Below, one piece after another: positions 44,626 through 59,546 of a DNA stretch of 64,000 bases. Under the pieces are notes generated by a model. The model saw only the letters and a program-made list of their open reading frames with translations. It did no database searches and was not told the DNA's origin. Origin of the DNA: Chrysomallon squamiferum (lineage: Eukaryota; Animalia; Mollusca); NCBI GenBank assembly GCA_012295275.1, contig CM022676.1, forward strand, positions 7,192,001 to 7,256,000, read 5' to 3'. The translations under genes and the position numbers were made by a program. Numbering within the stretch: position 1 is the stretch's first letter; every line of letters starts with the position of its first letter.

Positions 44626-45809
44626 AGATAGAGAGACAGAGAAAGAGAAAGGGACAGAATGGAGAGAGAGGAAAAGAGAAATAGGTTAAGAGAAAGATAA
44701 AGAATGAGAAAGAGAGAGAAAGAAAGATAAGAAGAGAAATAGAGAGGAAAAAAGGAGACAGGTTAAAAACGAAAGAAAGACAGAAAGAAAAATAGAGGAA
44801 AAGACAGAGGAAGAATGAAAAAAGAAAAAAGAAAGAAATAGAGAATTAGAAAATGAGAAAAGAAAGAAATAGAGAATTAGAAAATGAGAAAAATCAGAGT
44901 GAGAGAGAGAGTAACAGAAAGACAGAGAGAGAGAGTGGCACAGAGAAAGAGAGAGAGAAAAAGATAAAGAACAGTTCCTAATCTCAACATTTTCAGCAAT
45001 CACAACATCACAATAGATTCATCACAAACCCAGCTGATGCTTTTATTTTTAGAACAAGCCAATAATAAACAAAAACTAAAAAATTCAAAGTGAAAACCTA
45101 CGTAATCCCATTTTAGTTAATTATCCACAACATAATTCATTTTCCTCAAATAAATTTTTATATCTTTTGATGTGTTCAGTTCCTCCACTTTGATAAAAGG
45201 TTAAAAGCATTTATCTGCACAAGATTTTTATTATTTTTATAAATAGTTCATTTCTGGAGGAAGCAAAAGTTAAAAAGAAAATTAAGTACGGTATTTTATG
45301 TTTAGTATTGACATTAAACTTTTCTTTCTTCTGTTACTAGTTGAAAAAAAAAAAAAAAAAAAAACTAAGAGATTGAGTATTTTTTTTATTTTTATTAATC
45401 CTTTTGTTATATATCTGTAGGTAAAAGAAAATTCAGAAATAAAATTAAGTAGTATATTTTTTGGTTAACTGTTGCATAATTAAATTTTTATGACGTAAAT
45501 AGAAATAAAAATGAAAATTCAGGAGTCAGTTTGTTAGATGTTTGTGTTTTTATTGTTTAGTATGTTTCTGATGGAAAAACAAATTTAAAGAACACTGAAA
45601 ATGTAAATTATGTTCATGCTATGATTCTTAACTGGTAGTAATGAAAAAAAAAAAAAAAAAAAAAAATAAGTAAATTTAAACTTTATGAAGCTGAAATGCT
45701 ATAACTTAATTATTACAAATATAATTCTGACCTTCACTTTTCTATCCTATCATCTTTAACAAATGGAAAAACATTGAGTTGTAAAAACAATATCTGATCC
45801 TTTGTATCA

Positions 45810-45995
45810 AAATGTCATCAGTCTGGTACAATTTCTGGGTATCAAAAATTTCATATAGTTCTTCTGTAGCACAAAGCTTTACTTTTAAAGTCACAGTACA
45901 TCCAGTTATATCAGAATCTCTGGTGTATTGTGTCACATTTTCATCAGTCCAGTTCAATGCTTGGGTGTCATCTGCTTCTATCATAGATAAAATTT
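45810..45995 (+). repeat. Dispersed ~117-bp repeat family, about 1.5 units
   Basis: aaagctttacttttaaagtcacagtacatccagttatatcagaatctctggtg..tcacattttcatcagtccagttcaatgcttgggtgtcatctgcttct matches the 25080-25660 unit. Confidence 0.8.
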
Positions 45996-46972
45996 TAGAT
46001 TAAGATAACCACAGTTTTTCTGACATGGGCAGAAATATCAGTTCTTTAGTGTAAGTGACCATTTTTGTTACAAAATCCAGTTCCAGTTTGGTTTTGTACA
46101 TTTTTACTGAAAGATTTGAAAACATGGACATGTTTATATATCACAAAATGTATACAGATTATGGGGTATAGTATTCCAAAAACATCTAATAGCTGATTGT
46201 TGTGTTGGGTTTTATTAAATAATCATTCATTTGTTCATTCATTGATCCATTCATTTACTTGTTCTTTCATTCATTCATTTATCTGTCTATTCATTCATTT
46301 TTCCATCCATCCACTAATTTATTCATTCATTCATTTGTCCATCCATCCATCCATCCATTAATTCATTCATTCATTACCATTCCAGTTAATATATTATGGA
46401 ATCAAAGATTTTTACATTTCGAAATTGTGACTTAAAAAGTGAAACACTGTTGTTTTTTTTTTTTCTGAATTTCAAAGAAAAAAAAATTCACCCAACCCAA
46501 CCCTTCCCTTTTTAAAAAGTGATCAAAATCCTTGATTAATGGAGAAAGACAAAAATTTCTAAATAATGACGGGCTTAAAGAAAAAAAAAAGAAATGAGAA
46601 GAAATCAGACTGTGTGTGTTTTAATTGATCTTTCTCACTCTTCCATGTGCTGCTATTAGAAAACGGCATCAAGGGAGATAAAGCGGAATGAAAAGTTAAG
46701 CTGACTTGCAAAGGGAGGTAATCCTGCTTAAATACCTGTGTAATGCGGGGGTTTGGTTTTGTCATTAGAGAGAGGCTTGTTAAATTTGAGTTTCCAGGCG
46801 AATCTGTCAGAAAGGTATAAATCAATGTCTGCCAGAAGTGAGATTGGTGGAATCTTTCCATTTTCATTTATTTGTTTGTTCATTTGTTTGTTTGTTTGTT
46901 TGTTCGTTTACTTACTGATTTTCTTATTTATTTATTTATTTATTTAGTTAGTTTAGTTAGTTAATTTTGTAT

Positions 46973-47085
46973 TAGAAGTTATAATATATCTAGTTATGAC
47001 AGAATCTCTGGTATAACACATTTTTTTTCATCAGTTCAGTTCAGTGTTTGGGTATCATCTATTTCTGTCATGGTTCAAAATTGTA
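46973..47085 (+). repeat. Dispersed ~117-bp repeat family, single unit
   Basis: agaagttataatatatctagttatgacagaatctctggt..gggtatcatctatttctgtcatggttcaaa. Confidence 0.8.
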
Positions 47086-47369
47086 GCTTTACATGACATC
47101 CAGTAGTGGATATACTTAGTGATTGAATTTCAACAATTCTAATTTTATTTATTTTATTTTTATTTATTTATTTGTCTATTTATTCATTTATATATTTTAT
47201 GCATTTTCCTGCTTAATTTATTCTTTCCTTTTCAAATTTTAATTTATTTATTTTAAAGAAATGTTTTGAATTTGTTTCCTTTTTGTGCAATTTAAAAAAA
47301 AAAAAAAAAAAAATTTGAACCTTTTAATGATTTTAGTTTTTATTTTAATTTTGTAAAGTTTTATTTTAT

Positions 47370-48760
47370 ACACACTGTTTTCCTAAAGACAAAATACAAT
47401 TACTTAACAGACATTTGTCTGAACTTTAGTGTTGTACCCTTGCAGTAGCACTTTCCTGAGTACCAGGTACAATTACATCAACAGACGTCTGTTGAATTCA
47501 TGAACCAGCTTCCCAAACACTAAATACACTTAATTTAAAATTGATCTGTTGAGTTTAGTCCTGAACATAATTATATCTAAGTACTGTTTTCTCAAAGACA
47601 AATATGGTTACTATAACAGCCTTCTTACAATATATAAATACTGCTTTCCTTAAGTCTGAATACACCTAACCACTGAGATTAGCTCTGTTTAGTTACTATA
47701 ACAGCCTTCTATTGAATTCAGTTGTAGCTCCAGCCATACTTAAATACAGCTTTCTCCAGAACTAAGCAGCATTACTCTAACTACCTTCTGGTGATTTCTG
47801 TTCCATGCTAGTACCATACATAAGTATTGCTTTTCCAAAGACTAAATACTTACTTTAATATCCTTCAGTTTTACCTATAAATAGTACAGCTTTCCTGAAA
47901 ACTAAATACAGTTAACAGCCTTTTTTGTTGTACCCATTACAACACAAATGCTGCTTTCTTGAAGGCTACATAAAGTTACTGAAACAAACTTTGACTGAAA
48001 TTAGTTCTGTACATATGCTTACTTTGTTCAATGCACAGATACTACTTTCTTGATTTCTAAATATAGTTACTATAGCACCCATTGGCTAAATTTAATTCTG
48101 TACCATATAGTCTAAATATATTTATACCAGACATTTGCTGAATTTGGTTCTGTACCATACAAATACTACTTTCTTGATGTCTAAATACATTTACTAAAGC
48201 AGGCATTTCCTGAATTTAGTTCTGCACCCTGTAATAAATTAATACTACTTTCCCTAAGACTAAGTTACTTTAACAGTCTTCTGTTGTACCCATAAAATAC
48301 ATAAATACTATTTTCCAAAAGACAAGATACAGTCACTTTCATAGTGTTGTATTGAATTTATTGTAAATACTTCTTCTACTGAATTTAGTGCTGTATTCAT
48401 ATAATAACATTCTACATATAATACAAGTCTAAATACAGTTACTATAACAACCTTCTGCTGAATGGTGTCCTGGACCAGTAATATATAAATACTAATTTCC
48501 TTGAGACTGAACACAATTACATTAAGTCTTCTTTTGAACGTAGTGAAATACTATTTTCCTGGACCTAATTACAGTTAGTTTGTCAACCGTCTGCTGAAAG
48601 TAGTTCCTATACACACACATCTATATAACTACTATTTTCCACAAGACTAAATACAGTTACTTTAAGTCTTCTTTTGAATTTAGTGTAAATACCATTTTCC
48701 TGTAGACTAAATACAGTTACATTAACAACCTCCTGTTGAATGTCAACCAGGACTAATGTG
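47370..48760. repeat. Old degenerate ~60-70 bp tandem array, roughly 20 units
   Basis: AATACTACTTTCC..AGACTAAATACAGTTACT.TAACAGCCTTCT..TGAATTTAGT recurs. Confidence 0.8.
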
Positions 48761-50271
48761 TGGCTTAATTGAAAGTCCTGCCGTGAATACGAATCAGCTT
48801 GTGTTTCTTCCATGTCAACACAGCGGTCATCTGTGGTCATCTCCAGAGTGTCTGACCCCTGCTGATTACAATACTGACCTATATGAGTGTCCAGGAAGCG
48901 ATGACCATACCCTTGAGTTAATCATATTATGTCCTGATTTTTCTAGCTGTCTCTGGAAATATGGCTGGAAATATGGCTGGCTAGTTTGGAAATGTGTTTT
49001 TACTGTCTGGTGATGTTAAGAATGCTGGATGGGTTGTGGATTATGACTTGTTATTTTTAATAATAGGTTCTTTTTTTTTATTTTTTTTTTTTTTTTAGAA
49101 TTAAGGATTAAAAATAGAACATAATTATGTTTACTCATCATCATCAGCTAATATCATCATCATCATCATCATCATCATTAATGATACCATTAATATCCTG
49201 TTTGTCATTTTCATGTCTTTAATGCTTTTACTTCTGATACTATTACTGCAAGTCTGTCACTATTTCTTTAAGTAACTGTATTTAGTGTTAGGGAAGACAG
49301 TATTTATAAGTGTAGTGGTCCATTATGATTACACTATGGTTAGAACAGCTACTACTACTACTACTATTACTACTTCAATTACTACTACCACTACTACTAC
49401 TACAGCTGCTGCTGCTACTTCTAGTACTCTACTAGAGTTACAGTATTGTTATTACTCTTATTACTATTACCAAGAATAGTCCCATTTTCCTATTTTCTTT
49501 AATTTAAAAAAGATATATACATCAAAACTTCAAATTTTTCAGTTTTTCTTTCTTCTCTTTCCTTCCTTCCTTTCTTTCTTCCTTCCATTTTTCTTTCTTT
49601 CTTTTTTTCTTTCTTTCTTTCTTTCCTGTTTATTTTTTAAAACTTTATTCTTCTACCTACATCAACAACAAAAAACCCAGATCAGATTAACCAAGCATTG
49701 CCTTGATTTCTGACAAAACTCAATCATTAAACGAAAACGTCAACGTTCGTCTCTCAAATCTGTTTCACTCTTTACTGCCCCAAGGAGAGAGAAGAAAAAA
49801 AACAACAACGAGAAGAAGAAGAAGAAGAAGAAGAAGAAGAAGAAGAAATTAAATTTGCTTTATCAAATTGGAAGTAACTTAAATGAAGCGGTCAAATACA
49901 GATTACCTCCGATTTCCTAGAGGAAATGGTTTTGCCTATGAATACGCTGACCTTTTTACAAACAGAATGCGCTGTGAGTTATTGCTGTTATTACACACTG
50001 CAGGGAGAGATACGTGGAAATTATTTGTCTAAGGTTGTGTGTAGTTATTTTATTTCTGGTTTGATATTTGTTTAGATTTGCGTGCATGTTTCCAGTTGGA
50101 CAAATACACATACATACTCAGTGGCATTTAAAGAACCACACCTGGACAAATACAAGTATAAAGTTGTGTTCACATATGTGTTTACTTGTGTACACATATA
50201 CACAGTATATTAACACATACACAGATATATCTATATCCATACATAGAAGAATACATACATACATGCATGCA

Positions 50272-50302
<31 letters not shown>

Positions 50303-50328
50303 GTGTGTGTATATAGATATATTGGTAA

Positions 50329-50364
<36 letters not shown>

Positions 50365-50485
50365 AAATCCATATATTTTACATCAATATACATAGATTAT
50401 ATACATAAATACACAAACACATGTGGAAAAAAAGAAGGGGAAAAAATGTTTCTTTATTTTGTATGATTGACAAAAGTGAAGTATC

Positions 50486-50516
<31 letters not shown>

Positions 50517-51149
50517 TTTTGAAATTTCCTTATAACCTAAAAAAGAATGAAAAAAATGAAAAGAAGGGGAAAAAAACAAAAAAACAAATGGACAAACAAA
50601 AAAAAAGAAGAAAATAAATAGTAATAATAATAATAATAAAAATAATTAAAAAAAATTAAAACCAACATTAAAAACCAATACAAATCTAAATCAAGAAACA
50701 TATCTTGTAATTTTCTACATAATCTCTTTTCAACATAGATTTATTTTATTTCTTTTTTTTCATTTTTTGAGATTCTTCTTGTCTCCGTCATCTACAGCTT
50801 CTAAATTCTGTTGTTCGGTGATAACCATTATTCTAAGGAAGGAAGCAACAATTTAAGACTTACATGCAGAAATAGAACTCTAGGAAGGTGATGTAAGAAA
50901 TTACTGGCTTCATCTGAAATAATCTGGATGGGAGAAGCAGTGTTAGTGAAAATTGACAATCGACTGTGACATAATTGTTGATAATCAATAGACAACTGTG
51001 TTATAAATATCTGTAATAAACGTAGTTTGGATGACTTGAGGAAAGAAAGGGGGAAAAAAAATAGATTTTATTTTATTACTGTATTTCGTTTTATTCCCGG
51101 AGAAATGGAGTGTTATAAATAATGATAGTTGTCTTGTGCCTCTACAATA

Positions 51150-52625
<1,476 letters not shown>

Positions 52626-53315
52626 CAGTGACAAAATCTTTTATATTTTTCCATTTCATTCTTCTTTCTTTCATTCTGCTTTCTTCCATCCTTTCATCCT
52701 TCTTTGTTCATTACTTTGTTCTTTCGTTCGTTCATTCATTTTTTTTCTCTTTAATAATAAACAACATGTTAGATTTTGTGATGCAGCAAATCATGTTAAC
52801 ATGTTAAGATTTTAAATTATTCAATACAAAATCAACAATAGAACTATTATCTAGTGTTTATACAATAAAGAACACTTATGTTGTGAGAGATTAAGTGAAT
52901 TTTCACATTCAGCCTAAAATTGTTTTTCATCACAACTTCATGCTTGACTGCCCACAAGGTGTTTTCTGTGTAAACTGAATGTGGATTGGTTATCTGTAAA
53001 TTCAACATGGCCCAAAGAGACATTTGATTTCTTAATTTTTTTGGTTTCATTCTCTCTCTCTCTCCCCCCCCATATTTCTTTCCACATAATTATTATCCCT
53101 ATCTTGCCTAGTTTCACATATTTTCTGTAAAAATTAACAGCTTTACAAATATACATGTTGATTAATTCTGTTAGTATTTCTGTGAATAACCATTTATATT
53201 TCACTCCATCACTTAATCAAACACCAGCATTTTATCCTTTCTATCTTCTCCCACCCCTTTTAAATCATCCTCTAAAAAAAAAAAAAAAAAAAAAAAAAAT
53301 AAAAAAATAAAAAAA

Positions 53316-53359
<44 letters not shown>

Positions 53360-53945
53360 CCAAAGGGAGATAACTCTAAACGAAAACCTCCATTCCAATC
53401 CTGGCAACAAAGCTGACGGTCCGTTGCGGTCTTAATTGGTAAATTAGCTGACCACCATTCAATTATTTCCACAGATTTAACGTCTTATCTCCTCTCCCCA
53501 AACATTTCTGTTTTAACAGCCAATCAATAACGCTTTCTCAGAACAGTGCGACCTCCGACCTTGCTTTGCAATTTGCCTTACAAGAGTTACGGTACTTTAT
53601 CGTCGTGTCTTTGGCCTGTTTTCGGTGTTTATTATTAGGTCCGTGTTTTATGGCATCGCGCTTGTTATGGAGACAGGGTTGTTAAAAGTATGGGATGCTT
53701 CCTCCAGTGCAGTTTATGTGGCAGATTTTTCACCTGTTGTTGTTGCTGTTGTCGTTGTTGTTGACTGGAGATTTCAGTTTGTTTTTGACCTTTAGATGGA
53801 TGGGAGCAAGTCTGATTTGCAGTTATCAGTGTCTCTCAGTTTTTGTTGGGTTCTTTGCGGTTGTTTGTTTATTTTGCATCTGTGTTTCATGGGTTCTTTG
53901 TGGTTATTTTTTAATGATTTTTTTTTTTTTTTTTTTTTTGTTGCT

Positions 53946-53981
<36 letters not shown>

Positions 53982-55718
53982 ATTCAGTTTGTGTATATTG
54001 TCTGTGATCTGTGGACATACATACTAATGAATCTATGATTAATTTATATAGATAGATACAGTAACATACACACATAAAGTACATCATTTATTTAGATAGA
54101 TCAGTAACATACACATAAAAGTACATCACTTATACAGATAGAAACAATAACATATACACATAAAGTACATCATTAATATTAATGAATTCAAACATTAACA
54201 TGAAAGATTACAGACATTAATATTAATGAGTCTACTCACCATTAATATTAACCTTTTTTCAGTCATCATGAATATTAATGAGTTCAGACATCATTAATAT
54301 TAATAAGTACTATTAAGTATTAAATAAACAGCAGTTTATTAACAAAATCAGAGTGAGGTTTAAGGAAGAATTTTATTTCCTGGTTCAGAATATTAAGCAC
54401 CCAACTAAATGCATAACCATCTTTCTTTTTTTTCTATCTTTTCTTTTTACATCACTTTAATTCTATTTCTTTTTTTTTTTGAAATTGTCCTGTATTTTTT
54501 TTTATTTTATTATAATTTTTTTTTTTTTTTTTGGTTTAAAATCTTTTTTCACTTTTTTTTCTCTTTCTTTTAACGAAATATGCCTTCGTGCATTAGGACT
54601 GACAAAAACGTTTCTGCGGAGGTTGAACAAAATCAATTTGATAAGTTTGAACTCAGACAGAAATGGCAGGCCTATATAGTTGTGTGTCAAATCCTCCAGC
54701 AATTCGTCAAATTTTTCCGGGCCGAGCATCTTTGGTAATTTGTAACCACGAAGCATAAAATGTCTGCGTCTGCTGTGAAAGAACAGCGATGATGGAATGT
54801 TTTTAGATAGCCAGAGCAGTATTACAGGACGAAAACCAGTTTGTCCGAGTTTTTGAAAGTTCCGAGAGTTGTATTCCGTTCTCTTTTATTTTTTGTATTT
54901 TGTTTTTAGTCTTTTTATTTTTTTACTTTTTTTTTATTATTTTTTATATTTTTCTTTTTTTTCAAAATTTATTTATTTTTGTTATTTTTTTAAAAATTTA
55001 AAAATTTATTATTTTGTAAATTTTTTTATAAAAATTTTATTTTTTTTATTATTTTCTGTCTTTTTTCCCATTTCTTTTCAAAATGTATTGTTTTGGTTAT
55101 TTTTTTACTTTATTTCCTGTCTAATTTTTTTTTTTTTTTCAAATTTTATTATTTACTAAATGTTATTTTATTTTTCCTTTTAAACTGACTTCTATATCAA
55201 AAAGAAAGTGAAATATTGTTTATTTTATTTTTGTTTTTTTATTTCTTATTCATTTTAATAATTATCTAAAATAATTATTTAAAAAGAAAATGGAGTTTTG
55301 ATTATGAAATGTATATTTTGTTTATTCAATATACAATTTAATGTTCAAACAGAATTCTGAATCTTTCAATTCAATCTTTATTCCCTTTTCATATGGAAAA
55401 ACCAATTTATTATAATTGAATAATGTTTATAAATTAATGTTTAAAATGTTTTCAGAGTTCAAATTAAAATGTTATCTAAATAAAATATTTAAAAAACTGT
55501 TTACCTTTCATTATTAATTTTTTTTTTTGTGCATTATTAATTTAAAATCTTTTCTCCCTTCCTTTTTTCTTTTTTGTAATAATAAAAAAAATATATTTTG
55601 TCAAAACAAATTTATTATTTAATTAAATTATCAATATTTTCTTTGGGTTTTTTCCTTGCATTTTTGTAATAGCATGCTTATGTACATAACTACATACATA
55701 TATACATACATACATACA

Positions 55719-55749
<31 letters not shown>

Positions 55750-55863
55750 CACATGTCTGTCCTCTTGACTGATTTGTCTCTCTGTCTGTTCATACAACCA
55801 TACACACACATTCACATACAGGTACATTTGTATGTATGTACAAATGTCCATCCATCCATCCAT

Positions 55864-55916
<53 letters not shown>

Positions 55917-56299
55917 TATCAATCCATCTGTCAATCCAGCTACTTATCCTTCTGTTAATCCGTCCAAATACATCTACATGTTCATCAATCAGTTCATTCA
56001 TCCGAATATCAGTCCATCCATCAGTTCATTCATCCGAATATCAGTCCATCCATCAGTACATCTGTACAGACACACACACACACATCAGAAATAGATTTAA
56101 TCCCAAGGCGTATTAATTTTTCAATCATAAATTCATTTCAAAACAAAGATAAATTTCATGTCTCTTCTTTTTACTGTCAATATCACTTTCTATTTACTAT
56201 TAATAATAAATTTTTTATCCGATTTGCTTGCACCAAATTGTTCTATCACATTTCATAAGTCAATCGATTTGACAGGATTCATGTTCATAGCTCGTCAGT

Positions 56300-56947
56300 C
56301 ATTCGGTTTTTGTTCATTCCTTCATTCTTTCTTTCTTTCATTCATTTCTCCTTCCATTCTTTCTTTGATTTGAGCTTCCTTTCATTTATTCTTTCATCCA
56401 TTCTTCCTTTCATTTATCCTTTTGTTCATTTTATTCTTTTGTTCATTTTATTCTTTCATTCATTCATTTTAATTTTATTAATTTTCATTGTTGTTCGTTT
56501 ATTCTTTCATTCATTCTTCCTTTCATTTATTCTTTTATTAGTTTGTTCTTTCTTTCATTTATTGTTTCAATCAGTCTTTCATTACATCTTTCATTGATTC
56601 ATTATTTTGTTCATTTATTCATTCTTCCCCTTCATTCATTAATTCATTCTTTCATCCGTTTGTTATTTTATTCATTCTTTCACATATTCATCCATCATTC
56701 TTCTGCACATCCATTCTTTAACTCATTCATCCATTCATTCTTTCATTCATTCTTTCATTCATTCATCCATTCATTCTTCTATTCTTTCATTCCTTTTTTT
56801 CATTTACTCTCTCATTCCTTCATCCATTCATTCTTTCACTCATTCATCCATTCATTCTTCTATTCTTTCATTCCTTTATTTTCATTCACTCTCTCATTCC
56901 TTCATTCTTACCTTCCTTTATTCTTTCATTTCATTATTACAGGTAAC
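56300..56947 (+). repeat. Degenerate (TTCA)n-rich tract; left arm of an inverted repeat
   Basis: It ends in TTCATTATTACAGGTAAC and has colinear blocks shared with the reverse complement of 58466-58765. Confidence 0.75.
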
Positions 56948-57679
56948 TTTGGTTTTATAACAGTATGTTTTTTTTTTTTTTTTTTTTTTTACCTGTCTGT
57001 TGATGAATTATTCAAAAACAAGCACTCCACATGATTAACAATGATGAGATGCATATTTATTTTATTCTTTTTATTTTATTTTTTTTTAAAACTCGGTCCT
57101 CCTGGGACTCGGTCCTCAGTAAGACAGGACTGTTTACATTCTGACACCAGCGTAAACGTCAGTAGTAACAGAGGAAGACTGCGATGCTCTGAGTTTGACG
57201 GAGGAATATGAATGATTCATGACCATGCTGATTGTGTGCGATCTCGCCTGTGTTCATAATTAAATAATAATGCTGTGTTTTTCACCCCACCCCACCCCTG
57301 GGCATGGAATACGGATTGTATGTCACTTCCCTGGTCGAGCGATGTCATTGTTTATGCGACGAGAGATTAAATTAAAAAGATGATGTTAATGTTTTATGAG
57401 GTTTTTTTTAAAGAAATGTGATATAGTCTGTTTTGTAGTCTGTTTGTTTGTTTTGTGTTTTTATTTATTTTGTTTTATTTGAGTGATTTATTTGTTTATC
57501 TGGGTTTTTTTTTTTAAAAAGACAACAGATACTGGGTTATAGTATATCGTGTAAATTATTTAAACTTAAATATATCAACTTGGATGTGTGTTTCCCAGAG
57601 TGACCATACATCAGTTGTTAGTTGTATTATTTTAATCCTTCATTTTAAACTTCACAGTGTAATTTAATACTCACATCCC

Positions 57680-58215
57680 AATCACCCACCCACACTCACT
57701 AGCCTCTCATAACTCAACTAAACATGTCCTACTTCATTCACCCACAACTCAAACCTACTCACACTTCTTTACTCACACATATCTCAGCTCAACTCACCCT
57801 ACTTCCCTACCCATAAGTTCAACTGAACTCAACTCAGTAGACCCACCCATACTTCAGTTCAACTCACACTACTTCACTCACAACACCTCAACCCAGCTCA
57901 CTCTACTTCACCCACCCGTACTTCAACTCAGGTCACCTACTTCATCCACCTACTTCATCTACCCATACTTCGACTCAACTCAATTCACCCTACTTCATCT
58001 GCCTACACCTCCTCTGTTTAACTCTACTCAATACCTCTAACTCAGTTCACTCCATTTCACCCACCCACCCACCCATACTTCAACACACACCCCATACTTC
58101 AACACACCCCTATATGTACCCCACTTACCCAACCATACCTCCACCCAACTTGCCTTTCTCCATCGCACCAAACCCTCCCATATATCTCTCCATCTCAAAC
58201 CCTCCCCCGAATCTC
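57680..58215. repeat. G-poor degenerate repeat (CACCCATACTTCAACTCAACT-like)
   Basis: cctacttca, catacttca and aactcaactc recur, with strong C/A strand bias. Confidence 0.7.
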
Positions 58216-58465
58216 ATTTTCACCCAACAAATCTGCCAAATTGTGAAAACCAATTTTTTGTCACCCTGCCATGAACAGTATTCCAATTTGGCTTCGTCTT
58301 CTCTCTCACCTGTATTTCGCACAATGCACACCTGAGTAGAACTGCTGCTGACCTCACCTGACCTCACCTGTCCTCGTTATCACCTGTTTGTCAGGTGTTA
58401 CGACCAAGGATGCTCATTTTGAGTAATTCATCAGCGGTCAGGTGAGAAATCTTTAATAACATCGG

Positions 58466-58765
58466 GTTACCTGTAATCATGAAAAGAGAGAAAGAAAGAA
58501 AGAATGTAAGAATGAAGGAATGAAGGGAAGAATGAAAGAATGATTGAAAATAAAGGAATGAATGGATGTATGAATGAAATAATGAAAGGATGAAAGAGTA
58601 AAAGAATGAATAAATGAAAGAATGAATAAATAAACAAAAGAATGAATTAACAAAAGATTGATTGAAATGATAAATAAAGGAATAATGAATGAAAGAATAA
58701 ATAAAAGGAAGAATGAATGGAAGAATAAATTAAAGGAGGAATGAATGAATGAATGAATGAATGAT
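58466..58765 (-). repeat. (GAAT)n-rich tract; right arm of the inverted repeat
   Basis: It begins GTTACCTGTAATCATGAA, the reverse complement of the left-arm end. Confidence 0.75.
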
Positions 58766-59113
58766 TAAATATTGTTTTTAATGTGATGATTATACTAGAG
58801 AAAACCTTACTGAATGAAGCTAATCCATTTATTGTTTGGATCTTTTATATAAACTTTACTATAAGCAGGACAGCACACACCTCAGCATTTAACACAGAGA
58901 AGTACATTGTTTCTGAAAATGACAGTATCAATAACATTTCCTTCATATAATCCAAAATTTATAATATAATTCTTTAATAAACCATTATGAGTCATAGTTG
59001 GATCGGGAGATATCCCAACAAGGTCTCTGATGGGGACTGATCCTGAAACACATCATGTATCAGACCTGACGCCTTAACAACTCAACTGACATCTGCTCTA
59101 ACCACTGAGCCAC
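58740..59113 (-). mobile_element. Near full-length decayed tRNA-derived SINE with (CATT)n tail
   Basis: The minus strand begins GTGGCTCAGTGGTTAGAGCA (Pol III A-box, tRNA D-arm like). It continues with a degenerate B-box-like GGATCAGTCCC and the core GGTGTGTGCTGTCCTG..TATATAAAAGATCC, and ends in (CATT)n. Confidence 0.6.
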
Positions 59114-59488
59114 AATAGTCTAGTTGAGGGAGTGACAGGCGGGTGTTACGGGGAGGGGCCAGGGGTCAGGTCAGGGTGTGATTAGTCTTGTCAGACCCTG
59201 AGCCCCACGTACAGATTCAATTAGGAAGGGTATCAGAGAAAAATGGAGGCACGTTTGATCTCCTTGTCACCATGACGACATGATGCAATACATTTCTATT
59301 GTAGGTCACAGGGGTCGTGTCATCGCCTTGGTTACACTGAGAGGAGGAGATCAGTTTAATTACATTTCAGAGTGTGGCAATGAATTTTGATTTAATTTTT
59401 TTTTTGTAGTATCTTTTTTTTTTCTTTTTTTCATGCATATAAAACGTTACTGTTATTTTGATATGCATATACTAAGGAAGAACTCAGA

Positions 59489-59546
<58 letters not shown>

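Noticed and set aside
53695-54027. Signal-peptide-like ORF (MLPPVQFMWQIFHLLLLLLSLLLTG)
   Set aside because: The hydrophobic run comes from a (TTG)n microsatellite. The ORF starts at a non-ATG-supported or weak context downstream of Ig1 and degenerates into poly-T/TA.
59020-59113. Functional tRNA gene on the minus strand
   Set aside because: It has an A-box-like start but no intact T-arm (GTTCRA) or cloverleaf, and it continues into SINE core sequence.
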